Assembly: GCA_965224085.1 (NCBI GenBank) | Contig: CBDCYI010000004.1 | Location: 32,001-96,000, forward strand | Source of the DNA: Candidatus Marinacidobacterales bacterium | Lineage (GTDB): Bacteria > Acidobacteriota > Vicinamibacteria > Marinacidobacterales > SMYC01 | Length of the DNA: 64,000 nt | Reading direction: 5' to 3' | Shown: piece by piece, positions 53,102 through 64,000 of the stretch | Position numbering within the stretch: position 1 is the stretch's first letter | Layout: the number at the start of each line of letters is the position of its first letter | The notes under the pieces: generated by a model | Told to the model about the DNA's origin: nothing | Database searches by the model: none | Seen by the model: the letters and a program-made list of their open reading frames with translations, nothing else | Made by a program: the position numbers and the translations under genes

Positions 53102-54387
53102 TGAGCAAAAACGAAGAGCTGTTCCTGGAGGCCACCGGATACATGCCGGGCGGCGTCAACTCGCCGGTGCGAGCGTTTCGCGGCATCGAGATGGCCCCGC
53201 GATTCATCCGCGAAGGCCAGGGCTGTCGCATCACGGACGAAGACAGTCAGGACTACATCGACTACATCGGCGCCTATGGCCCGCTCATCCTCGGACATCG
53301 TCATCCGAGTGTCGTTGCGGCTTTGAAAGAAGCGGTCGACCGCGGAACGGCGTTCGGCGCACCGACCGCTCCCGAAGTGCACTTGGCGAAGAGAGTCACA
53401 GAGTTCGTCCCGTCCGTCGACGTCGTCCGTATGGTGAACTCCGGCACCGAAGCGACACTCTCGGCCATCCGTCTCGCGCGCGCCGCGGTTGGCCGTGACG
53501 GGATACTCAAGTTCGAAGGCTGCTACCACGGCCACGGCGACTCGTTTCTCATCAAGGCCGGCTCTGGAGCCTTGACGATGGGCGTTCCCGATAGCCCGGG
53601 TGTCCCCGCGTCGCTCGCTTCTTTGACCAGAACGGCCACGTTCAACGACCTCGAGTCGGTGAAGCGCGTGCTCGAAACCGAGCCGGACGCGATCGCCGCC
53701 ATGATCGTCGAGCCCGTCGCCGGTAACATGGGCGTTGTGCCGCCCGCAAAAGGCTTTCTCGAAGGCCTGCGTGAGCTTTCGACCGACCACGGTGCTCTTT
53801 TGATCTTCGACGAAGTCATGACAGGCTTTCGCGTCAGCCGCGGCGGCGCTCAAGAACTTTACGGCGTCACGCCCGACCTCACGACGCTCGGTAAGGTGAT
53901 TGGCGGCGGCCTTCCGGTCGGCGCCTATGGCGGACGCCGCGATCTCATGGAGCAAGTAGCCCCGGCGGGCCCCGTCTATCAAGCAGGAACGCTGTCCGGC
54001 AATCCGCTGGCCATGAGCGCGGGGCTCGCACAGCTCGAAGCCCTCGAAACCTCGAATGCGTGGGAGCGCCTAGAATCCACCTCCGGGCTCCTCGAGACGG
54101 GAATCCGAAACATCCTCGAGGAGCTCGGCTTGTCGCTGGCTTTGAACCGCGTCGGCTCGATGATGACGCTCTTTTTCACCGAGGGCGAAGTAACGAATTT
54201 CGAACAAGCCACGAGCGCCGATACAAGACGCCACGCTCGCTTTTTTCGCAACATGCTCGAGGCCGGCATACACCTACCGCCATCCCAATTCGAAGCGCTC
54301 TTCGTCTCACTCGCCCACGAGCAAGACGACCTCGACCGAACGCTAGAAGCCGTCCGCAAGAGCTTGAGAGCTACCTACCAAGATTAA
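53101..54387 (+). CDS. hemL: Glutamate-1-semialdehyde aminotransferase
   Basis: [33 protein letters not shown]. Confidence 0.97.
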   Translation: MSKNEELFLEATGYMPGGVNSPVRAFRGIEMAPRFIREGQGCRITDEDSQDYIDYIGAYGPLILGHRHPSVVAALKEAVDRGTAFGAPTAPEVHLAKRVTEFVPSVDVVRMVNSGTEATLSAIRLARAAVGRDGILKFEGCYHGHGDSFLIKAGSGALTMGVPDSPGVPASLASLTRTATFNDLESVKRVLETEPDAIAAMIVEPVAGNMGVVPPAKGFLEGLRELSTDHGALLIFDEVMTGFRVSRGGAQELYGVTPDLTTLGKVIGGGLPVGAYGGRRDLMEQVAPAGPVYQAGTLSGNPLAMSAGLAQLEALETSNAWERLESTSGLLETGIRNILEELGLSLALNRVGSMMTLFFTEGEVTNFEQATSADTRRHARFFRNMLEAGIHLPPSQFEALFVSLAHEQDDLDRTLEAVRKSLRATYQD

Positions 54388-54492
54388 AGATCAGTTTTCT
54401 TAACATTGATCCGGTTTACTCGCGCAGCGGAAAGGTTGCTCGCCGTCCGCGCTCGGCGTAACATCGGGTGGTTGTGTCGCTCGAAGCTTTGC

Positions 54493-54795
54493 TTAGAGCT
54501 CTATCCAGATGGCGCCGCGGTCGATGCGGACGGGATAGGTTCGGATCTTCGAAAGCGGGTTCACCGGGGAGCAGCCGCTTGTGAGTTCGAACTGCCATTG
54601 GTGCCACGGGCACACGATGATTCCGTTCTCGATCGTGCCTTGGTGAAGCGGCGCGCCGCGGTGTGGGCAGGTTTCGTCTAGGGCGAAATAGCGTCCTTCG
54701 TAGCAAAAAATCGCGATGCGCTTGTTCCCGATGTCGACGGCGAGGGTCGCGCCGTCGGGGACATCCTCGAGAGCGGCGACGCGGTGCTCGCTCAT
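54493..54795 (-). CDS. Rieske 2Fe-2S ferredoxin
   Basis: CPH..CPWH. Confidence 0.92.
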   Translation of the reverse strand: MSEHRVAALEDVPDGATLAVDIGNKRIAIFCYEGRYFALDETCPHRGAPLHQGTIENGIIVCPWHQWQFELTSGCSPVNPLSKIRTYPVRIDRGAIWIEL

Positions 54796-55658
54796 TGCGC
54801 CGCGGCGCGGAGCTTCTCGAACGCTTCTTCGGCGAGCTCGGGACAGCCGAGACGCGGCGGTTCATCGCCGAGCTGGCGATGGAAGTCCGAACCGCCCGTT
54901 TTGAGAAGTCCTAGCTCCTCTGTGAGTCTCTCGTAGCGCGCGACCTTCTCGGGCGTGTGATCGCAGTGATAAACCTCGAGAGCATGCAGCCCGCTCTCGG
55001 CCATGTCCATGATCGGCGTGTCATCTACGAGAAGGCCTGGATGCGCCAACGACGCGATACCACCCGCGCGTCGAATGAGATCGACGGTGTCCTCGAGCGT
55101 GACGTTGTCGTAGCCGACATAAGCGGGCCCGTCTTCCCCGAGAAAACGGCCAAACGCTTCCGCGATATCCGCCACTTGGCCGGATTCGATGAGCACTTCC
55201 GCGACGTGCGGCCGACCAACGGTTCCATGGCTCGATTTGGCGAAAACGGCATCGGCAGCGATGTCGAAGCCCAGCGTTTCGAGCTTCTGACACATCTGGC
55301 GGACTCGGTCCACACGACACCGGCCCACCTCCAAGAAAAAGGCGTTGAGCTCGGGGTCGTGCTCGTCAACGAAGAGGCCCAAAATGTGCACCGGCGCGTC
55401 GCCGAAATGCGCGCTCACTTCGACGCCGGCCACGATTTCAAGGCTGAGCCCATCGGCCTCGCGTTTGGCCTCAGCAACACCTTCAACGGTGTCGTGGTCC
55501 GTAATCGCCAGCGCTTTCAAATCGTGAGCCTTCGCCAAGCGTACCAACTCCCTCGGCGACAACTTTCCGTCCGACGCCGTCGTGTGCGCATGGAGATCGT
55601 AGTGCCCGAGTCTTTCCATGATGCTGTTTTTATCTTCTAAGAAGCGAGAACCGTTCAT
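54792..55658 (-). CDS. PHP-domain phosphoesterase
   Basis: DLHAHTTASDG, AITDHD, GRPH, LAHP, GGSDFH. Confidence 0.93.
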   Translation of the reverse strand: MNGSRFLEDKNSIMERLGHYDLHAHTTASDGKLSPRELVRLAKAHDLKALAITDHDTVEGVAEAKREADGLSLEIVAGVEVSAHFGDAPVHILGLFVDEHDPELNAFFLEVGRCRVDRVRQMCQKLETLGFDIAADAVFAKSSHGTVGRPHVAEVLIESGQVADIAEAFGRFLGEDGPAYVGYDNVTLEDTVDLIRRAGGIASLAHPGLLVDDTPIMDMAESGLHALEVYHCDHTPEKVARYERLTEELGLLKTGGSDFHRQLGDEPPRLGCPELAEEAFEKLRAAAQ

Positions 55659-55720
55659 GGTAGAAAACGCTCCCGCGGGTTGTCAACCCATCTCGACGCG
55701 CCATGCACGTGCGGATCGGG

Positions 55721-55780
55721 TTGACACTCTTTTCGCCGCCGGCCTATACTAGCGATATCTGAGTGTCTTAGTCAGATATC
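55721..55780 (+). promoter_or_regulatory. Sigma70 promoter plus IscR/Rrf2-like operator
   Basis: TTGACA-N18-TATACT, then GATATCTGA-N9-TCAGATATC (55754-55780). Confidence 0.75.
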
Positions 55781-55848
55781 CGGGAGCCACCGCGCGTTCA
55801 AAGGGTTATCCTGTGGGGAACTGGCAATCGAGATTCTAGGAGAAGCAA

Positions 55849-56172
55849 ATGATTACGATGACATCACTGGCCGCCACGAAGGTTCAGGATTTCCTTGCGC
55901 ACAACGGCCGCCCGGAAGCTGCGCTTCGCGTGCGCGTCGTGGGCGGTGGCTGCTCCGGATTCCAGTACCAGCTCGCACTTGACGACGCCGCTTCGGAAGG
56001 TGACGAAGTCTTCGAGCACGATGGCGTGAGGCTCTTGGTCGATCAACGCAGCCACCTCTACCTCGACGGCACGGAGATCGACTACGTGGAAGACATTATG
56101 GGATCAGGGTTCCGTTTCAACAACCCGAACTCGACCGGAAGTTGCGGCTGCGGCGAGTCGTTTCAAGTCTAG
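55849..56172 (+). CDS. A-type Fe-S carrier (HesB/IscA/ErpA)
   Basis: GGGCSG, NPN, CGCGESF. Confidence 0.95.
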   Translation: MITMTSLAATKVQDFLAHNGRPEAALRVRVVGGGCSGFQYQLALDDAASEGDEVFEHDGVRLLVDQRSHLYLDGTEIDYVEDIMGSGFRFNNPNSTGSCGCGESFQV

Positions 56173-56230
56173 GGTCAGAGCCAGATCTAAAGAGCGCAGC
56201 GCCTACGCGCGGAGTCCAAGGACCTCCTCT

Positions 56231-56518
56231 TTGAGCACGTCCGATCTCGTTCGGATCGAGATCGAGGGTACCCCTTTCGACGTCCCGCGAGGCGAGGTCC
56301 TTCTCGCCTGTGTCCAATATATAGTTAGGGATGAAGTCACTGTCTTGGGGCGCTTTTGTTGGAGCAACGAGTGCGGCAATTGCGAGATGAGTATCGCGAA
56401 GGAGGGGTTGTTGTTGCCCACTCGCGCCCGCGGCTGCCAGACCATCGTGGAAGAAGGCATGCGCGCCTCCGAGCTCACGCCCGACCTCCGCTACTGGATC
56501 CACCACAAGCTGTCGTAG
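56231..56518 (+). CDS. 2Fe-2S ferredoxin-like protein
   Basis: C-x4-C-x2-C...C. Confidence 0.75.
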   Translation: MSTSDLVRIEIEGTPFDVPRGEVLLACVQYIVRDEVTVLGRFCWSNECGNCEMSIAKEGLLLPTRARGCQTIVEEGMRASELTPDLRYWIHHKLS

Positions 56519-56531
56519 CGACGCGCGACCA

Positions 56532-57302
56532 ATGATCGGGAACATCTCAGCTCTCCTCGCCGGCCATATGGCCTCGGGGGGGCTCTTCATCGCCGCGCTT
56601 CTGGCGTTGGCAAACGAGCTCCCGAAGAGCTTTCTGCGCTTCTGCGCGGCCTCGGCCAGCGCGTCAGCGTCCTTGGCGGCGCTTTTCGACGTGGGCACGT
56701 CGCGATTCGTGTGGCTTGGCCTCGCCATCGTCGCCGGGCTCTGGTACGCCTCCCTTCGCCGCAGCGGGGGCACCGGAAGGGTAGGTCTCGTGCTCCCGGC
56801 GACCGCCGCCGTCGCCGCATCCGTACTCTTCGCCGTCACGTCCAACACCCGCGGCACCGATCTGCTCGCGCTTTCCATTGCCGGTAGCCTCAGCTCGTCG
56901 CTAATGCTCGGCGCCGTGCTCGGTTCCCTGATTCTGGGGCATTGGTATCTCGTCGATACTAGCCTCTCGATCGCACCGCTACGCAATGGGGCGCTATGGC
57001 TCGTTGTCGCGGTCTTGGTGCGTTGGGCGGTCGTCGTGGCCGTGCTGCTCTATGGCGGCTTCGAAGTGTTGAAGGTGGGCCGCGCCGCGGATCTCATCTA
57101 CTCGACGGGAGGCCTGTTCTTCTTGTTCCGTACCCTCATGGGTCTCATCGCACCGCTCCTTCTGTGCGGACTCATTTGGCAGACGGTCAAGATTCGGTCG
57201 ACGCAATCGGCCACCGGGCTTCTTTACGTGGCCTCGTTTCTCGTGCTCTTCGGCGAGAGCTTCTCGCAGTTTCTACTCGTGGCGACAGGTTATCCCCTAT
57301 GA
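56532..57302 (+). CDS. Polytopic membrane protein
   Basis: LGHWYL and STQSATGLLY motifs; many TM segments. Confidence 0.8.
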   Translation: MIGNISALLAGHMASGGLFIAALLALANELPKSFLRFCAASASASASLAALFDVGTSRFVWLGLAIVAGLWYASLRRSGGTGRVGLVLPATAAVAASVLFAVTSNTRGTDLLALSIAGSLSSSLMLGAVLGSLILGHWYLVDTSLSIAPLRNGALWLVVAVLVRWAVVVAVLLYGGFEVLKVGRAADLIYSTGGLFFLFRTLMGLIAPLLLCGLIWQTVKIRSTQSATGLLYVASFLVLFGESFSQFLLVATGYPL

Positions 57303-57754
57303 CGGCGCTGTCGGTCGGTTATTACTGCGATCAATGCTCGCTCTACAACATGTACAGCCTGCCCCCGGAAAACGGGGCGGGGCGGTGCGAGCATTGCGGT
57401 CACGAGCACGCGGTGCAGCCGAGCGAAGACGCTTTGAACGGCGGTCCTCTCGAGCGCTGCCCCCAATGCGAGAACCTTTTTTTGTATCAGCGCAAGGACT
57501 TCCCGCAGCAGCTCGGCTGCGCGGCCGTCACGGCGACGGTAGTGCTGTCATCGATCGCCTATGCTTTCTGGCACTTTCCGGCGGCGCTTGCCGTGCTCGT
57601 CGTGGCGTCCATCGCGGATCTCACGCTCTACCATTGGCTCAGCGAGGTCACGGTTTGTTACCGATGTCACGCCGAGCTTCGTGGGTTCGTGCCGAATCCG
57701 GAACACGGTGCCTTCGACATGCACCGTGCAGAGGAGTACGAGGCCGGACACTGA
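57299..57754 (+). CDS. Cys-rich membrane protein
   Basis: Four CxxC pairs around two TM segments; ATGA overlap with upstream gene. Confidence 0.75.
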   Translation: MTALSVGYYCDQCSLYNMYSLPPENGAGRCEHCGHEHAVQPSEDALNGGPLERCPQCENLFLYQRKDFPQQLGCAAVTATVVLSSIAYAFWHFPAALAVLVVASIADLTLYHWLSEVTVCYRCHAELRGFVPNPEHGAFDMHRAEEYEAGH

Positions 57755-57765
57755 AAAGCATCGCG

Positions 57766-58218
57766 TCAGCCGTCCGTTTGAATGGAGATGGGCGTCTGCC
57801 GGCCATGGTGGGGGGCTTCAAGCATCGTGGCCATCGTCACACCGCCCAGAAATTCGACCAACCGCGTTTGCGCCTGATCCCACACATACTGCATCTCGCA
57901 ACTGTCGAGAATCGAGCAGTCCTCATGCTCCGACTCCACGCATTTGTTGAGCCGCAGAGGTCCCTCCACCGACTCGATCACGTCGAGAAAAGAGATGGCT
58001 TCCGGTGAGCGCGCAAGGGCGTAGCCGCCATGCGCCCCTTGCTGCGACTTGACCACGCCGCGATTCGCGAGAATCGGCAGGATCTGGGCCAGAAACGCCT
58101 GTGGGATGTCCTTGGCTTTGGCGATCTCAGATACGCGACCGTAGCTGCCTGAGGAGATACGCGACAGGTAGATGACGGCGCGAAGGGCGTAATCACTCTT
58201 GCGGGAAAGCTCTAACAT
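57766..58218 (-). CDS. Rrf2-family regulator with three Cys
   Basis: DYALRA, GAHGGYAL, C-x7-C-x5-C. Confidence 0.93.
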   Translation of the reverse strand: MLELSRKSDYALRAVIYLSRISSGSYGRVSEIAKAKDIPQAFLAQILPILANRGVVKSQQGAHGGYALARSPEAISFLDVIESVEGPLRLNKCVESEHEDCSILDSCEMQYVWDQAQTRLVEFLGGVTMATMLEAPHHGRQTPISIQTDG

Positions 58219-58293
58219 AAAGCCCTATGTCGACCCCTTGGAAAGTATATCCCACACGAGCGAAGGCCCCAACGGCGTTAGAATGCCCTCGTG

Positions 58294-58359
58294 ATGAAGC
58301 TCGTCATCTTCGATCTGGACGGCACCCTGATCGATTCCTTCGTTGGAGTCGGAGCTTGA
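58294..58359 (+). pseudogene. HAD-hydrolase stub
   Basis: MKLVIFDLDGTLIDS (HAD motif I), then FVGVGA*. Confidence 0.7.
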
Positions 58360-59027
58360 GACGGGTGCCGATCTTTCCGCTGCCGGAGACGGTGTTCTTT
58401 CCTCACGTCGCGCTGCCGCTTCACCTCTTCGAGCCCCGCTACCGCCAGATGGGCGAAGACGCGTCGAAAGGGGACGGCCTGCTCGTCGTCGTCTTGCTGA
58501 AGCCCGGATGGAAAGTTGACTATGAGAGCACACCGCCGGTGCACGACATCGCAACGCTCGGGCGGCTCGTAGAGCATGAAAGACTCGAGGACGGCCGATT
58601 CAGAATCGTACTCCGAGGTGTCGAGCGGGTGCGGATTCTGGAGCCCGAGGCCTCGGAGCTCGCCGAAGGCAAGCTGTATCGGGTGCGTCGCATCGAGCCC
58701 GCCCGCGAGCACTCACCCGAGCCCAGCGAAGCGACGTCGGCGCTTCTTCGCGCGGTACGTTCTCGATGGAACGAGCTTCTCCAAAAAAGCGGTCGCTCCG
58801 AGCCCGAATCTCAACGCGTGCCAGACGACGCGCCTTTCGAAGAGCTCGTGAATCACGTCGCGACCTTCGTGGACATCCCACCGCACGAGAAACAAAAACT
58901 CTTGGACGAAGATAACTTGATCATTCGCGCCGCTCGCCTAGAAGGCCACCTGGACGAACAGCTCAAATTATGGCGCACATTGTCCCGCTTCCGAGAGTTT
59001 TCACCTGATGACCCGTCCGTGAATTGA
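58356..59027 (+). CDS. Lon N-terminal substrate-binding domain protein
   Basis: PIFPL..VFFP..LPLHLFEPRY. Confidence 0.88.
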   Translation: MRRVPIFPLPETVFFPHVALPLHLFEPRYRQMGEDASKGDGLLVVVLLKPGWKVDYESTPPVHDIATLGRLVEHERLEDGRFRIVLRGVERVRILEPEASELAEGKLYRVRRIEPAREHSPEPSEATSALLRAVRSRWNELLQKSGRSEPESQRVPDDAPFEELVNHVATFVDIPPHEKQKLLDEDNLIIRAARLEGHLDEQLKLWRTLSRFREFSPDDPSVN

Positions 59028-59108
59028 TTGATCGTATTTGCGTGTCGCTACCGGCTATCTGCTCCCAGCCACTCTTCAATCAAAGAGGAGGCGGCGGGTA
59101 GCCGTACG

Positions 59109-59668
59109 TCAATACGGTGAAACTGCCATATCCGGCTCCAGATCCACCCCAAGAGCATCGGCGACGCGGTTGATGTGATTGAAATAGCCGATGACGTGGA
59201 CTAGGCTGCCACGAGGATGTCCTCATCCGAAAGGCCATGAGCCCGTAGCGGGTCGAGGTCGCCGCGCGCTGCATCTCTCGGCTTGTCGGTTAGCTTCAGG
59301 GCGAAGTCCACGATCGCTCGCTGCCGCGGCGTGAGCTCGGCCGCAGCCGGGTCATCCATCACCGCACGCGCGAGCGCGTCGTTCTCGGAAGCTTGACGGA
59401 GATCCTCCCCGTGAGCTTCCGTTCAGTAATGGCAGTGATTGGTCTTCGAGACGACCGTCGCCACCATCTCGCGCTCGGCGCGCGTGAGCCCCGAAGCTCC
59501 GTGCATCACTTTGATGTAGAACTCCATGAACGTGCGCAAGATGTCCGGCCTCAAGCTCTGGATCTTGACGATCTGAAAGACTTTCCCTGCGCGCTTCAAG
59601 GCGGCGGAATATTGACGCTGAAGATCTCCGGTCGCGTCCTTTTCCGAAACGGTGTCAATCCAAGCCAT
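59109..59668 (-). CDS. AhpD/CMD-family peroxidase-related protein, putative selenoprotein (UGA 59423-59425; frameshift ~59203)
   Basis: EREMVATVVSKTNHCHY-TGA-TEAHGEDLR...FALKLT...GLSDEDI, then VIGYFNHINRVADALGV in another frame. Confidence 0.85.
59386..59421 (-). promoter_or_regulatory. Bacterial SECIS-like hairpin
   Basis: CGGAAGCU/AGCUUCCG lower stem, ACGGGGA/UCUCCGU upper stem, GGA loop, starting 1 nt after UGA. Confidence 0.75.
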
Positions 59669-60959
59669 GTCGCGTTCCCTCCCTTTTTTGCCCAAAAGAA
59701 GTCTAAGATGTTATCTTCTCTTTATCACCTTATCCTGAGAAACTTCTTGCCATCGATTCTGATCGTCGACGACGAAGAAACCGTCCGCGCCACTTTCCAG
59801 GATGTCCTTGAAGCCGAAGGACATCAAGTGGTCACGGCATCCAGTTTCACTGAAGCCAAAGAGCGCCTCGAGACCAGGCGTTTCGACGCCGCGCTCACGG
59901 ACCTCATGCTCCCCCGGGAGAGCGGACTGTCTTTGCTTCGCTATGCCGCCGAGCGCGACGAGACGATGAGCGTGGTCATGGTCACCGGCCATCCCGATCT
60001 CTCGACGGCGGTCGAAGCGTTGAAAGAAGGCGCTTACGACTACATCACCAAGCCCGTCAGCCGACGCGCTCTGCTCGTCGTGGTCGAACGTGCATGCGAG
60101 CGCAACACTCTCCTTCGAGAGAAACGCCGCCTCGAATCCGAGAACGAAGACTACCAACGATCGCTGGAAGGCAAGGTTCGCGAGCGTACCGCCCGGCTTC
60201 GCGAGTCTGAGAAGCGCTATCGCGAGCTTTTTCAGGAAACGCGCCGCGCTTATGAAGAGCTGAAAGAAATTCAAGAAAAGTTGATTCGCTCTGAGAGACT
60301 CGCCGCCATGGGAGAACTCGCCGCACAAATCGCTCACGAGATTCGAAACCCACTCGGCGCGATCTCGAACTCGGTCGGTGTGCTCAGACGCGACCTGGAG
60401 CTGCACGGCGACGATCGGCGGCTCCTCGAAGTGGTGGACGAAGAGTCGCAGCGGCTTGACGGGATCGTGGCGGATTTTCTTCGCTTCGCGAGGCCGCGCC
60501 CGCTTCACAAGACACCGCATTACATCACGGAGATACTCGACGATCTGCTGTTGCTCATCTCGCAAGAACCCAAGGGGAACAAGATTTCCATCCAGAAAGG
60601 ATACGAGCCCGATTTGCCCCAAGTGGAGCTCGATCCGGCACAAACGCGCGAGGCCCTTTGGAACCTTCTCATCAACGCCGCGGAGGCGATGCCGGATGGT
60701 GGCGATTTGCACGTCTCCGTAACCCGATCCGACAAAGGTGACGGCTTTCTCGAGGTCGTCGTGACGGATTCTGGCACGGGCATCAGCAAGAGCGAGCAGG
60801 AAAAGATCTTTCAACCTTTTCATACAACCAAAGCCGACGGGACCGGGCTCGGTTTGGCCATCGTAAACCGCGTCGTCGAGGCGCATGCTGGTGAGACAGA
60901 AGTTGAAAGCGAGGTGGGGCAAGGGAGCTCGTTTCGACTCCGATTCCCCCTGACTTCAA

Positions 60960-62393
<1,434 letters not shown>

Positions 62394-62425
62394 CTGTCGC
62401 TTTTCAGTGCATGGTGAGACTCTGC

Positions 62426-63853
62426 TTACTCCGACGCATTCAAGCTCGGATCAATCGCGCGCGCCTTCTCCAACGATTTTTGGGCGCGCAGGTGTAAGCC
62501 CGCCTCTTCATAGAGTTTCGCCAGCTCGAGCTGATAGGAGGCCTTGAACGGGTCCAAGTTCGCGGCGATCTTCAGATTTTTTTCCGCGTCCTGGCGCCAT
62601 TTCGGATTCTGCAAAAGCGCCAAGCCCAGCAGGTGGTAGTAGGCGGCGACGTCCGGGGCCACCTCGACCGCTTGTCGGGCCAACTCGATAGCACCCCAGA
62701 AGTCGCCGCAGTCATAGGCTTGCCTGGCACGGTGATAGAAAGCCTTCGCGTCGTCCGGGTCCCCTCTCTTCACCGACTTCATTTCGGCCGGCGAAGCCCC
62801 TGGTTGCTCTGTCCTTTGATACTGCTCTTCTTTGTCGTGAAGCGACTCGTAATCCGCCCTCAGCTCGTCGTTGGAAAGTGTCGTGTGGGCCTCGTCGATC
62901 CGATGGAAAACGAAGGAAAGTTTTTCCTGGAACTCCGGCTCGGTGATACGACGAAAGCGGTCCGGGTGAAATCGTTTCGCTCCTCGAAAAAACGCCTCCT
63001 TGATTTGCTCTTGGCTCGCGCCCCGCTCAATCCCCAAGACGTGCCAGTGGTCCTGGTCTTTCATGTCTTCGAAGAGCTGTTCCACCGACGTTCGTTCCAG
63101 ATCTCTAGGGGCCTCTTGATGCAGCGTCTGACCAGTGTCAAGGTCATCATCCGGCACTGGCTCAACGATCGCGTTTTCCCCCACTTCGACGACATCGGCC
63201 GCCAGCAAGCCCATGAGCGTGCGTGCCGTCTTCTCTTCGGGGAGCGGACTAACGGCAAAGATGTCCTTGGCAGCCTGGGTGCCGTCGATGCGCGAGAGGA
63301 CGAAGCCTTCATCTGGCTGGAGGTGGATCCGCTGAAACCGCTTTAGGGGATCCGTCGGAAACCCAAGCGTCCGCTCATCGTTCTTGAGAGCTTCGAGCTG
63401 CTCGGAGATATCGGGTGTCCGACGTACAGCTTCCATAAGGATATCGGCCACGGATAGGGGCGCTTCGAGGCATGCGTCGACACTCGACAAGGTTGAAAAC
63501 GCCACGCGGCTGGGCGGTGTGATGAGCTGCGTACATGCGATGTCGAGAAGCTGCAGCCTCACGAAGGCCTCGATATCGGGCTCTTTGATGATTTTCAGCT
63601 CGGCGAGGATCTCGCCCAATTTCCAGCCGCTCTTAATAAAATTGGAAGCGTCTTCGAAGTGCTGCCGGGTAATGCGGCCATGGCGGATCATTACTTCACC
63701 GAGGCGGTCTTCCTCCTCGCTCGAAGAGGCGCTCACGACGAAACCTGACTGGAAGTAGACAGCACGGCGCGCCGCAGCGGCTTCGCACGTGAGCACACCG
63801 GTGCGCTTTTCGTCGTAGAGCTTCTTGAAAGCCTCTGCCACTTGTTGGTTCAT
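62426..63853 (-). CDS. DUF4388-like/J-domain/TPR protein
   Basis: RLGEVMIRHG, DHWHVLG..FHPDRF, C-terminal TPRs. Confidence 0.85.
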   Translation of the reverse strand: MNQQVAEAFKKLYDEKRTGVLTCEAAAARRAVYFQSGFVVSASSSEEEDRLGEVMIRHGRITRQHFEDASNFIKSGWKLGEILAELKIIKEPDIEAFVRLQLLDIACTQLITPPSRVAFSTLSSVDACLEAPLSVADILMEAVRRTPDISEQLEALKNDERTLGFPTDPLKRFQRIHLQPDEGFVLSRIDGTQAAKDIFAVSPLPEEKTARTLMGLLAADVVEVGENAIVEPVPDDDLDTGQTLHQEAPRDLERTSVEQLFEDMKDQDHWHVLGIERGASQEQIKEAFFRGAKRFHPDRFRRITEPEFQEKLSFVFHRIDEAHTTLSNDELRADYESLHDKEEQYQRTEQPGASPAEMKSVKRGDPDDAKAFYHRARQAYDCGDFWGAIELARQAVEVAPDVAAYYHLLGLALLQNPKWRQDAEKNLKIAANLDPFKASYQLELAKLYEEAGLHLRAQKSLEKARAIDPSLNASE

Positions 63854-64000
63854 GGGCAGTTTCTGAAAAGGAACGAGATTGTTATTGTAGTTAGATTCTA
63901 TCAAACGAACGAGGCATGCGGACGAAGGAACGACACCTCAAGGAAAAGTTGATTGGGTGTTTCATTTTTTAATGTAAGAATGACACGATCAGTTTCAATA

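Noticed and set aside
50424-53982. Long antisense ORFs over hem genes (similarly 24360-25376, 37425-38498, 59711-60922)
   Set aside because: Shadow ORFs of GC-rich genes with clear sense-strand motifs
49303-54387. hemB missing from hem cluster
   Set aside because: hemB is often unlinked; hemD-hemL are tightly coupled with no scar

Overview
The window has two parts. Positions ~1-35550 are a dense mobile-element 'scrapyard'. It holds IS110/IS1111, IS1-like, IS256, IS3, IS21, IS5 and ISNCY-type elements or fragments, a broken large serine recombinase, phage and defence relics, at least four families of short dispersed IS-end/MITE repeats, and scattered cargo genes (methyltransferase, duplicated aquaporin, bactofilin, PhyH, LysM transglycosylase, beta-barrel). 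Positions ~35570-64000 are core-like chromosome: 2-oxoacid:ferredoxin oxidoreductase alpha/beta, sigma54 regulators, Ku-ligase, tdk, ccsA-hemACDL, iscA/Rrf2, a two-component system and a J-domain protein. The gene style suggests Acidobacteriota (inference only). Main findings: (1) two different IS110-family recombinases whose non-coding ends carry guide-like segments matching the terminal repeats of OTHER insertion sequences, with occupied and empty target-like sites both visible; (2) an AhpD/CMD-type gene missed by the ORF track, with an in-frame UGA in a CxxU motif followed by a SECIS-like hairpin; (3) a 94-bp MITE family; (4) an acidic (EPEAA)n tail shared by two unrelated N-termini. Single-base frameshifts and internal deletions are frequent and may partly be assembly errors. 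No rRNA, tRNA or CRISPR array was seen. All family calls come from motif recognition by eye, not database searches.
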